DNA from: a bacterium
GTDB taxonomy: Bacteria; Patescibacteriota; Minisyncoccia; Moranbacterales; UBA2206
DNA: 47,813 nucleotides
Direction of reading: 5' to 3'
Assembly (NCBI GenBank): GCA_021785125.1
Contig: JAJYGF010000008.1
Location: 1-47,813, forward strand
Numbering within the stretch: position 1 is the first letter of the stretch; every line of letters begins with the position of its first letter. Shown one piece after another: positions 25,699 to 34,084 of this stretch. Below the pieces are notes generated by a model that saw only the letters and a list, made by a program, of their open reading frames with translations, searched no databases and had not been told where the DNA came from. A program made the position numbers and the translations under genes.

Positions 25699-26322
25699 CT
25701 ATAATTTGAATCTTGGAAAGGGCTCTGATTTGGCAGGCTTTAGAATATATTTCTTGATCAGTTCGTATCTGCCCATATTTATGTATACATCAAACATAAT
25801 CGTGAAACCAGTAAATAATATTTTCCAGGCTAATTTCCCGGGAATAATATTATCCGAATAGATCATAACATTAGCCAGAATGTGACCGGTGGCAATAAGC
25901 CCCATGTATATTGCAACACTTGAGATATAGCCACTTTTTATATGTTTGTCTCCATTTCTAAGCCAGTGCTCGAACAGTGGAAGATTATTAGTTTTGGGCA
26001 AATGATAAGATAGCATGTCTTCTAAATGAAAAAGGAATGTACTGTTCCGAATAGTATGTCCGACTTCTCCGATCCATATATTCAAGAACATTATTGCGAC
26101 ACACGGAAGAAATACGAGGAAAACCACAAAGGTCAGAACTTCGTAATGAGCCGCTCTAAGATAATATGCCAACAATAATAATCCGCCAACTGAAACAGAA
26201 GACCATTGGAGAGTGCTCTGTTGATTTTTAAACGAAGTGATAATTTCTTCTCTGACTGATCGATATTGTTCAAGCCATATTTTCAGCGAGTCATCTTCAA
26301 TATGCTTCTCGTGCATGATCAA
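25699..26322 (-). CDS. Multi-pass membrane protein (hypothetical, 207 aa)
   Basis: 4-5 hydrophobic segments. The segment is AT-rich. It starts 15 nt downstream of the oxidoreductase gene. Confidence 0.62.
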   Translation of the reverse strand: MIMHEKHIEDDSLKIWLEQYRSVREEIITSFKNQQSTLQWSSVSVGGLLLLAYYLRAAHYEVLTFVVFLVFLPCVAIMFLNIWIGEVGHTIRNSTFLFHLEDMLSYHLPKTNNLPLFEHWLRNGDKHIKSGYISSVAIYMGLIATGHILANVMIYSDNIIPGKLAWKILFTGFTIMFDVYINMGRYELIKKYILKPAKSEPFPRFKL

Positions 26323-26337
26323 TCCCCGAAAATAAAA

Positions 26338-27495
26338 CTAGTGGTTTCGTTTACTTTTGAAAAAAATTTTGGACAGCAATATATCAGGGCGAAGCCTTTT
26401 CTTTATATCCAGAAAAGTTCGCTCGCCGCTCATAATCCTACAAAATATATTCCAAGGATAATGATATTTTCTGAGGTTTTTAAAAACAGGAAGAGAAATA
26501 TGGTTAAAAAGTTTTGAAAATGAATAGGATGTTTTTAATTCTAAAAGTATTTCCTCATTTATTATATCTTCATAATTATCTAGTGCCTTTTTATCACCTT
26601 GCAAAAATTTATTAATTTGCCTGCCAGCAATCTGAGCACTTTTTATGGCATAATAAATTCCCTCACCAGTCCAATAATCTGCCAAGCCTGCCGCATCCCC
26701 AATCAAAAGGGCCTTACTGGAAGTGATAGGACGTTTGGTTATTCTATGCGGTATAGTATGTGCTTCAACTTCACATTCATTTGGCTTCAAACCAAAGCGA
26801 GTTAGCCATTCATCGAAATAAGATTTTACTGCTAGTCCAGAAAGTTGAGGCCCCATCACGCCTATGGAAACATAGCTACCATTTGGAAAGAGCCAACCAT
26901 AACCGTCTTTCATAAACCCCCAATCAAGAGCTATCTTTTCCTTATACTGCTTTGGAATATTTTCGATGGGCACTTTTGCCTGGATAGCCACATGACGATT
27001 ATCTATGGGATCCAAGCCTACGCTTTTCGCTGTAAAGCTGTTGGCACCGTCTGCGCCGACAATAATATTAGAACTAAAATCGCCTTTGGCGGTTTCCAAT
27101 TTGAATTGTTGTCCTTTATCTGATGAAATGCTCTCAATGGCCACGCCTTCCATTAGGACCGCTCCAGATTCAACAGCTTTACTCAACAAGAAATTATCAA
27201 ATTTTTCTCGATCTATTGTGTAGAGAAGCGTTTTGTTATATTGCTTGCAAAATTCTCTCTGCAAGTTATGAGTTAAGCTTACTTCTCTTATATCATTTAT
27301 GAGAACGTTCTTAATATCAAAAGGAATAAGATCGATAATCCTGGCAGGTAATCCACCCGCACACACTTTCCTTCGAGGGAAGTTCTTCTTATCTAGTACG
27401 CAAACTTTAATACCCGCTTCGGCAAGCATGTAAGCGAGTGATGATCCGGCAGGACCAGCACCTATTATAACTACGTCATACTTTTGCATATCCAT
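26338..27495 (-). CDS. FAD-dependent oxidoreductase, geranylgeranyl-reductase family
   Basis: YDVVIIGAGPAGSSLAYMLAEAGIKVCVLDKK...KVCAGGL, later GADGANS and LIGDAAG. Confidence 0.8.
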   Translation of the reverse strand: MDMQKYDVVIIGAGPAGSSLAYMLAEAGIKVCVLDKKNFPRRKVCAGGLPARIIDLIPFDIKNVLINDIREVSLTHNLQREFCKQYNKTLLYTIDREKFDNFLLSKAVESGAVLMEGVAIESISSDKGQQFKLETAKGDFSSNIIVGADGANSFTAKSVGLDPIDNRHVAIQAKVPIENIPKQYKEKIALDWGFMKDGYGWLFPNGSYVSIGVMGPQLSGLAVKSYFDEWLTRFGLKPNECEVEAHTIPHRITKRPITSSKALLIGDAAGLADYWTGEGIYYAIKSAQIAGRQINKFLQGDKKALDNYEDIINEEILLELKTSYSFSKLFNHISLPVFKNLRKYHYPWNIFCRIMSGERTFLDIKKRLRPDILLSKIFFKSKRNH

Positions 27496-27732
27496 ACTCT
27501 ATATCATAAAAACAATGTTGAAAGATTATTTTGAAATTCTAAGACAGGTGTAAGAGTATAGCAGTTTCCTCGAACTTATAAAATGTTTTATTAGAGGGGT
27601 AAATGGAAGGATTGTTTAAAACGGTAGATTTTTGTAAGCCAATGCTCGAACTAATGCTTTAAAATAGATTTCCTTTATTGAAGGCTTATTAAGATAAGAA
27701 AGCCGTAATAAGTTCGAGAAAATAATAAACGG

Positions 27733-27805
27733 TGGACCCTAGGGGATTCGAACTCCTGACCTCCTCGGTGCAAACGAGGCGCTCTACCAACTAAGCTAAG
27801 GGCCC
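27733..27805 (-). tRNA. tRNA-Ala (anticodon UGC)
   Basis: Manual cloverleaf: GGGCCCT/AGGGTCC acceptor with G3:U70, D arm GCTT/GAGC, anticodon arm CCTCG-TTTGCAC-CGAGG, T loop TTCGAAT (one A:C mismatch in the T stem), discriminator A. CCA is not fully encoded. Confidence 0.9.
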
Positions 27806-27871
27806 AAAAAATTAAAAACTGTAATTTAGTGTACCAGACATGATAAATTTGTCCATACCAGCCCTAACCAG

Positions 27872-28219
27872 CTACTTTTTGTCATCAAATTTGACGAAAA
27901 GAAAGCCGATCATAAAAGTAACCAGCGCCAAAATATAAACTGCCAAAACGCTGCTGTCCCGCCAAATATTGAGCATGGCCAGGCCGATTCCCAAAATGGC
28001 AAACAGTATTCCGCCAAATTTTGACCATTTCCAGGCAATATACGATAATATCAGATAAAAGCTGCCTGGCATCACCGCCAAAATAGGACTGCTCCATTGC
28101 AGATTTTCAGAAAATATTTCCCCGATGAAGAGGTACATCAAGACAACCAGAACAGCCGCCAAAATCCTAGGAATGAGATTTTGCTTAAATCTGAATTTGA
28201 TTTTTTTTCTTTTCCCCAC
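27872..28219 (-). CDS. Small membrane protein (115 aa, 4 TM)
   Basis: Hydrophobic ORF abutting the murD stop. Confidence 0.6.
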   Translation of the reverse strand: MGKRKKIKFRFKQNLIPRILAAVLVVLMYLFIGEIFSENLQWSSPILAVMPGSFYLILSYIAWKWSKFGGILFAILGIGLAMLNIWRDSSVLAVYILALVTFMIGFLFVKFDDKK

Positions 28220-29611
28220 TTATTTCAATTTCGCCACCGCATCCTTGAATTTGTTTCCGCGATCAAATTCGTCGACAAATAATCCGAAGCTGGCCGCGCC
28301 TGCCGAAAGCAAGACCACATCCCCTTCCACAGAAACGCTCCGTGCCGCTGCGACAGCTTTTTCCATGGAATCGACAACGGCAAAATCTTCTTCCTTCGGC
28401 GATATTTTTTTGATTCCAGCGATAATCTTATCGGTGGCTTTGCCTTTTAAAAAAATTGCCGCTTTCGTATTCTCTGAAATTTTCTTGGCAAAATCATCCA
28501 TGTCGAGATTTTTATCAGCACCGCCGCATATCAAAACTACCGGCTCCGAAAAAGAATCGATGCCCGCCATGGCGCTTCGCGGATTTGTGGCCGCCGTATC
28601 GTTGTAATATTTCACACCGTCCAATTCTCGCACGAATTCCAATCGATGGGAAATCCCTTCAAATCCATAAATCGCCTTCCGAATATCCTTGATTTCCGTT
28701 CCGAGCACGAAAGTCGCACCCACGGCCGCCAGTATATTGCCGAGGTTATGCCTTCCTTTCAATCCGATCTCATCCAGATCAAGAACCTTTTTCTCATCGA
28801 TGCCGTTATTGATGTACACCGCGCCTTCCGACACATAAACGGATTTCCCGCCAACGATCGTTTTTTCTGAAAATTTTACGATTTGCGATTTGATTTCCGG
28901 TTCCAATTCGCTCAACTTCGGATCATCCCAATTCAAGACGCAAAATTCCCGAGCCTTCTGCGAACTGCAGATAAATTTCTTGTCGGCAAAATAATCTTCC
29001 ATGGTCTTATAGTAATTGAGATGGTCTGGAAAAATATTGGTAATTACCGCCACGCGCGGGCTAAGCCTGTATCTGCCCAAGGCGCTAAGCCGCCAGCTGG
29101 AAAGTTCGAAAATGACGACGCTATCCTTTTTCAGATCTTTTAACTTATCCAGTACAGAAATTTGTCCTATGCCGACTTTGACCGGATTTTTGCCGGCCTG
29201 CTTCAGGATCTCATAAATCAAAGTTGAAGTGGTTGTCTTGCCTTTCGTGCCGGTCACTCCGATAATCGGCTGGACGCACAGCTTAAAAAACAAACTTGAA
29301 TCGACTTCGACCGGGATGTTTTTTTTCAGAGCCGCTTTTATCGGAGCGCTGGTCCAGGGAGCCGGCGGTGTCTTGATCACCATGTCTGTGTCTGTAAAAT
29401 CTTCGATGCGATGCTGTCCTAAGACATATTCGACATTTTTCAATCCTTTCAGTTTTTCCAGCGCCGGTGCCAATTCTTCCTTGCTTTTCAGATCGGTAAC
29501 AACAAGCTTCGCTCCGACCGACGACAAAAAACGGACGGTGCCGATTCCTCCGCCGTGAAGCCCCAGTCCCATGACGGTAATCTTTTTATTTTTCAAATCT
29601 TCGATTTTCAT
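28220..29611 (-). CDS. murD: UDP-N-acetylmuramoylalanine--D-glutamate ligase
   Basis: VMGLGLHGGGIG Rossmann N-terminus and GVTGTKGKTTT P-loop, with Mur ligase middle and C-terminal domains. Confidence 0.93.
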   Translation of the reverse strand: MKIEDLKNKKITVMGLGLHGGGIGTVRFLSSVGAKLVVTDLKSKEELAPALEKLKGLKNVEYVLGQHRIEDFTDTDMVIKTPPAPWTSAPIKAALKKNIPVEVDSSLFFKLCVQPIIGVTGTKGKTTTSTLIYEILKQAGKNPVKVGIGQISVLDKLKDLKKDSVVIFELSSWRLSALGRYRLSPRVAVITNIFPDHLNYYKTMEDYFADKKFICSSQKAREFCVLNWDDPKLSELEPEIKSQIVKFSEKTIVGGKSVYVSEGAVYINNGIDEKKVLDLDEIGLKGRHNLGNILAAVGATFVLGTEIKDIRKAIYGFEGISHRLEFVRELDGVKYYNDTAATNPRSAMAGIDSFSEPVVLICGGADKNLDMDDFAKKISENTKAAIFLKGKATDKIIAGIKKISPKEEDFAVVDSMEKAVAAARSVSVEGDVVLLSAGAASFGLFVDEFDRGNKFKDAVAKLK

Positions 29612-29633
29612 AGGTGCGACATTCGGCAGATGT

Positions 29634-31205
29634 TTATTTTCTTATGATTTCCCCGTTTCTCTTTCCGGTGTATACACCCTCGGAAAGTGCCAATTTGCCA
29701 TTCACAACGACAAAATCAATCCCGCGGCTGTATCGATACGGATTTTCCGGCGTTGCCAGATCCTTGACCCTGCGTGGATCGATTATCGTCACATCCGCAA
29801 AATATTTTTCTTTCAATAATCCTCTTTTCACAAGATTGAATTTCAGCGCTGGCGCGCCGGTCATTTTCCGTACGGCCCCCTCCCAGCTCAAAATTCTTTC
29901 GCCCAGAACATATCTGCTCAAAATCCTCGGAAAGGTTCCAAAACTTCTGGGATGCACCGATTCTCCAGTCTTGCCATGATCTTCGCGATAGCCGGATCCA
30001 TTCGAAGAAACCATGGCAAACGGACTTTTTAAGGCTTTCTCGATATTTTTTTCATCCAAGACTTCCAACGACGCTATCACTCGGCCATCCGAAGCGATCA
30101 AGATATCAATGATCGTATCTTCGACTGTTTTGTTCTGCGAATCGGATATTTCGATTATTTTACGGCGGTCTAAGGTTTTGTTCAAAGGAGAAATAGCGAT
30201 TTCCATGGTGGAATAATCCAAGTCGGAATTTTTCATTTCAGAAACTACTTTGGCGCGAATCTGCGGTTCTTTCAAACGCTGAAGCATCATCTTTTTTCCG
30301 CCATTGGATACCCAGGCCGGCAGAAAAGTGTAAAGCACTGAGCTTGTATGCGTATATGGATAGATGTCGAAGGTTACGTCCAGACCGATTTCATTGGCCC
30401 GCGCGACAGTGTTCAGCGCATCATCCATAGCAGGCCAATTTTTTTCACCCATTGCTTTAAGATGAGAAATGTGCATCTTGACTCCGGATTGCCTGGCCGT
30501 TTCTACCGCCTCTTCCACCGCAGAAAGCAGATTTTTTTCTTCATTCCTCAAATGAGTGACATAAAGACCTCCGCGTTTCGCCACGATCGCGGACAATGCC
30601 GACACCTCTCCCGCATCGGCATTTCTGGCATGCGTGTAAATAAGACCGCTCGACATTCCCAAGGCGCCTTCTTTCATGGCCTCGGCCAATTTTTCGCCTA
30701 AAAATTCGATTTCTTTTGGAAGAAGATGCCTATTGTCATCGCCCAAAATGCTACGACGCAAAGTCGCATGCCCAACCAAAGTGGCGAAATTGACAGATAA
30801 TTTCCTTCTGGCGACGGTATTCAGAAATTCTCCCACAGTAGACCAGTCAAGGCTGGTCATGTTGATATCCGACCATTTCTGCAAAGATTCGATCGCTTTC
30901 GGACCAAGGATGGGGGCCAAGGACGAACCACAATTTCCTCCGATAATCGTCGTAATGCCTTGATAGACGAGGCTTTCCAGATCGGGATCGGAGAAAATAC
31001 GCCAATATGTGTCGCTATGATTATCGACATCGATGAACCCCGGACAAACTAGCCTGTCACTGGCATCTATTTCAACATCTCCTTTTTCATCGCGCAAGCC
31101 CCCTATTTTGACAATGCGATCTTCTTTGATGCCGATATCCGCCCGATACATCGGATCTCCCGTCCCGTCAATCACGGTTCCGTTTTTTATGATGATGTCG
31201 TACAT
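29634..31205 (-). CDS. N-acyl-D-amino-acid deacylase (D-aminoacylase family amidohydrolase)
   Basis: YDIIIKNGTVIDGTG...ADIGIKEDRIVKIG...CPGFIDVDNHSD, and 523 aa length. Confidence 0.82.
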   Translation of the reverse strand: MYDIIIKNGTVIDGTGDPMYRADIGIKEDRIVKIGGLRDEKGDVEIDASDRLVCPGFIDVDNHSDTYWRIFSDPDLESLVYQGITTIIGGNCGSSLAPILGPKAIESLQKWSDINMTSLDWSTVGEFLNTVARRKLSVNFATLVGHATLRRSILGDDNRHLLPKEIEFLGEKLAEAMKEGALGMSSGLIYTHARNADAGEVSALSAIVAKRGGLYVTHLRNEEKNLLSAVEEAVETARQSGVKMHISHLKAMGEKNWPAMDDALNTVARANEIGLDVTFDIYPYTHTSSVLYTFLPAWVSNGGKKMMLQRLKEPQIRAKVVSEMKNSDLDYSTMEIAISPLNKTLDRRKIIEISDSQNKTVEDTIIDILIASDGRVIASLEVLDEKNIEKALKSPFAMVSSNGSGYREDHGKTGESVHPRSFGTFPRILSRYVLGERILSWEGAVRKMTGAPALKFNLVKRGLLKEKYFADVTIIDPRRVKDLATPENPYRYSRGIDFVVVNGKLALSEGVYTGKRNGEIIRK

Positions 31206-31320
31206 AAAAAATTTTATAATTTTTAATTTTTATAATTTTATAAATAAATCTAAATTTTTAAACATTAAAGAATTAGAAATTATTTAAAAATTAAAAATTG
31301 GAAATTAAAAATTTATAACT
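31206..31320. repeat. AT-rich dispersed intergenic element, long copy E3
   Basis: ...ataaataaatctaaatttttaaacattaaagaattagaaattatttaaaaattaaaaattggaaattaaaaattt... Confidence 0.7.
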
Positions 31321-31340
31321 ACATAGCTAAATTGAACGAA

Positions 31341-32348
31341 TTAAATCAACTGGTTACCTACTAGCTCTGCCATCTCCACCAACCTATTAGAATATCCCCA
31401 TTCATTGTCATACCAGCCGACAACTTTCACTAGATTGCCATTAGCCATAGTAAGTGCCAGATCCACGATCGAGCTTCGCGGATCGCCTTTATAATCCATG
31501 GAAACCAGCGGCTCATCCGAAACGCCCAAGACGTTCAAAAGTTCACTTTGTGCCGCATTCTTAAAAGCGGCATTGATTTCTTCGGCAGAAACCTCGCGCT
31601 TTACATTGCAGATGAAATCGGTGATGGAAACAGTCGGGGTCGGGACGCGCAAGGCAATGCCATCCAACTGGCCTTGCAGATGTTTGATAACCTTGCCGAC
31701 TGTCTTGGCCGCGCCGGTCGTGGTCGGAATAATGTTCAAGGCCGCGGCACGGGCGCGGCGCAAATCTTTGTGCGGCAGATCTTGCAAACGTTGATCATTC
31801 GTATATGAATGCGTCGTCGTCATAAAGCCTTTTTCCACCCCGAAATTTTCATCCAACACTTTGATGATCGGCGCCAAGCAATTAGTCGTGCAGGAACCGT
31901 TGGAAATGATGTTCTGACTTTCCGGATCATATTCATGTTCGTTCACGCCGATCAAAAAGACCGGTGTATCGTCTTTCGGCGGCGCGCTCAAGATGACTTT
32001 TTTGGCTCCGGCCAAAAGATGGCTTTGGGCTTTTTCCCGATCGGTAAATATGCCGGTGCATTCCAGCACAATATCCACGTCCAGATCGTGCCACGGCAGG
32101 TTCTGCGGATCTTTTTCCGAGAAATATTTTATCTTTTTTCCATCGACGATAATTTCCGAATTCAGTTCGTCACAAGACACCCCGTGGCCGCTATGGCCAT
32201 AAGAGGAATCATATTTGAAAAGATGCGTGACTGTTTTGATATCGACCAAGTCATTGATAGCCACCACTTCCAGATCATTTTTTGTTAGAGCGATTTTGAG
32301 CGACATGCGCCCGATCCGGCCGAAGCCGTTGATTGCGATGCGTGCCAT
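31341..32348 (-). CDS. gap: Glyceraldehyde-3-phosphate dehydrogenase
   Basis: INGFGRIGR and the SCTTNCLAP active site. Confidence 0.96.
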   Translation of the reverse strand: MARIAINGFGRIGRMSLKIALTKNDLEVVAINDLVDIKTVTHLFKYDSSYGHSGHGVSCDELNSEIIVDGKKIKYFSEKDPQNLPWHDLDVDIVLECTGIFTDREKAQSHLLAGAKKVILSAPPKDDTPVFLIGVNEHEYDPESQNIISNGSCTTNCLAPIIKVLDENFGVEKGFMTTTHSYTNDQRLQDLPHKDLRRARAAALNIIPTTTGAAKTVGKVIKHLQGQLDGIALRVPTPTVSITDFICNVKREVSAEEINAAFKNAAQSELLNVLGVSDEPLVSMDYKGDPRSSIVDLALTMANGNLVKVVGWYDNEWGYSNRLVEMAELVGNQLI

Positions 32349-32375
32349 ATATTTTTTATTTATATTTTATGCTTT

Positions 32376-32651
32376 TTATTTTACTCCAATACCGGCTATC
32401 TTCCAATTATCACCTGCCACTTTTTTGATATTAAAAACAGTATTTTCAAGCAAAGTATTATGCGCGATGGATTTCAGACCGAACTCCAGATTCTCGATGC
32501 TGATGTCTTCAGTATGTTCAGGATACCCATCATGCGCCAAAGCGATCGAACCTATTTCCAGATCAACCGAATCAATCTTGGCTAAATTTTTTTCTTTTGC
32601 CGCAGACAATAGCACATCCACTATCTCTTTGGCTAGCATAAAATCATGCAC
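32376..32651 (-). CDS. hypA: HypA-like nickel metallochaperone lacking the zinc-finger module
   Basis: The MHDFMLAKEIVDVLL...KIDSVDLEIGSIA pattern matches the HypA N-terminus (MHE-type Ni site). The 91-aa protein contains no cysteine. Confidence 0.6.
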   Translation of the reverse strand: MHDFMLAKEIVDVLLSAAKEKNLAKIDSVDLEIGSIALAHDGYPEHTEDISIENLEFGLKSIAHNTLLENTVFNIKKVAGDNWKIAGIGVK

Positions 32652-32690
32652 TAATTTTGTCTGCGAAGAATGAGCAGGAACAAAATTGAG

Positions 32691-32803
32691 TGTCCCGCAC
32701 TAACTCGCACTTCTAAATTATTAATACCACTTATATAGCCGTAGGCGAATTCGCACACTAAATAAACAATACCACCAGCTCAATTGGAGTTAGTGCTGGG
32801 ACA
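32691..32803. repeat. 16-bp inverted repeat enclosing about 80 nt between the large-subunit gene and hypA
   Basis: tgtcccgcactaactc (32691-32706) pairs with gagttagtgctgggaca (32787-32803), with one bulged base. The loop contains the palindrome gcgaattcgc. Confidence 0.6.
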
Positions 32804-32809
32804 TAACTC

Positions 32810-34072
32810 CTAATGTACGGCGCAACTTATACAAGGATCGTAAGCCCGAATAAAGCCGCGTAATTTTTTCTGCTTATCCTTATCCTCCAGATCGATTATC
32901 TCTTTGATATAGTCCGCCACGTCATCCTCCAGATTGGCCAAGAATTGCGCGGTCGGAGTGATGATGTTTACGTTTTTCACATAGCCGTTGCCATCGACTT
33001 CGACATGATAATACAATGTACCGCGCGGCGCTTCTACGGCCGCTATGCCGACACCCTCCCGGACCTTGTACTCTTTTGTCACGACATTGTTGAGATCCGC
33101 ATTCAGAAGCTCCTTGATCAACTTGGCCGATTCTTCGATGGAATGAATGACTTCCACTACTTGTCCCCAGATGTTGTGGAACGGATTGTAATCCGGAAAT
33201 TTCAGATTCAAGCTTTCCAGATATTTGGCCGCATTCGATGAAAGTTTATCGCGATTATTGTTGATGCGCGCGATAGCACCGATCATATAACTGTGGCCAG
33301 CGTGGTCAACTTTCTTGATCACTTCGTGCTGTTTCTGCAATTCGTGAAAATCGCTTTCGAATTTTTCCACCGGAATATGCAGACCTTGCGAAGAAATCAC
33401 ATCACCTTCATAGATCGCATATGTTCTGTCTTTGCCAAGACAGACATATTCCGTCCCGCGCGAAAAATCAGGGATTTTTATTTTTCGGAAAAATTCTCCG
33501 AGCGCCAAAGCATCCGCAAGCCTCGCTTCGCTATCCATCAAAATCTTGCGGAGAGCTTCCGCATCCGGCGCCTTTTTGAAGCCGCCGACTTCATTGGTCA
33601 AAGGATGCACCACGCGCCCGCCGATGACCCGCACGATGTCCATGCCGTATTCGCGCAAGCGGATAGCGATTTTCGTCTCCTCCGGATAATTCGTAACCAA
33701 CTGGATGTCATTATCCATGTCCAAAAAATCGGCCAGCGACAAAAAGAAAAGATGCAGCGCGTGCGAATGCACGATCTGACCCAACTCCAAAACGGTACGC
33801 AGTTTCTTGGTTTCCGACGAAACCTCCACTTTCATCGCCGCCTCTAAGGCCTTGATGGACGTCAGATTATGCACCACCGGACAGATCCCGCAAATCCTCT
33901 GCGCAATCGTCGGCATGTCGGCATATTGCCGCCCGATCAGGACACCCTCGATCAGACGGATGCCTTCCTGCACCTCGACCTTGGCCGATCTGACATCGCC
34001 ATTAAGGACGCTGGCCATGAACCCGGCGTGCCCTTCCATCTTGGCTATATGATTTATTTTTATATCCGCCAT
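32810..34072 (-). CDS. [NiFe]-hydrogenase large subunit, group 3 type
   Basis: N-terminal RICGICPVVH and C-terminal DPCISCAVH, with the stop directly after the His. 420 aa. Confidence 0.93.
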   Translation of the reverse strand: MADIKINHIAKMEGHAGFMASVLNGDVRSAKVEVQEGIRLIEGVLIGRQYADMPTIAQRICGICPVVHNLTSIKALEAAMKVEVSSETKKLRTVLELGQIVHSHALHLFFLSLADFLDMDNDIQLVTNYPEETKIAIRLREYGMDIVRVIGGRVVHPLTNEVGGFKKAPDAEALRKILMDSEARLADALALGEFFRKIKIPDFSRGTEYVCLGKDRTYAIYEGDVISSQGLHIPVEKFESDFHELQKQHEVIKKVDHAGHSYMIGAIARINNNRDKLSSNAAKYLESLNLKFPDYNPFHNIWGQVVEVIHSIEESAKLIKELLNADLNNVVTKEYKVREGVGIAAVEAPRGTLYYHVEVDGNGYVKNVNIITPTAQFLANLEDDVADYIKEIIDLEDKDKQKKLRGFIRAYDPCISCAVH

Positions 34073-34084
34073 ATTTGTGTTTGT

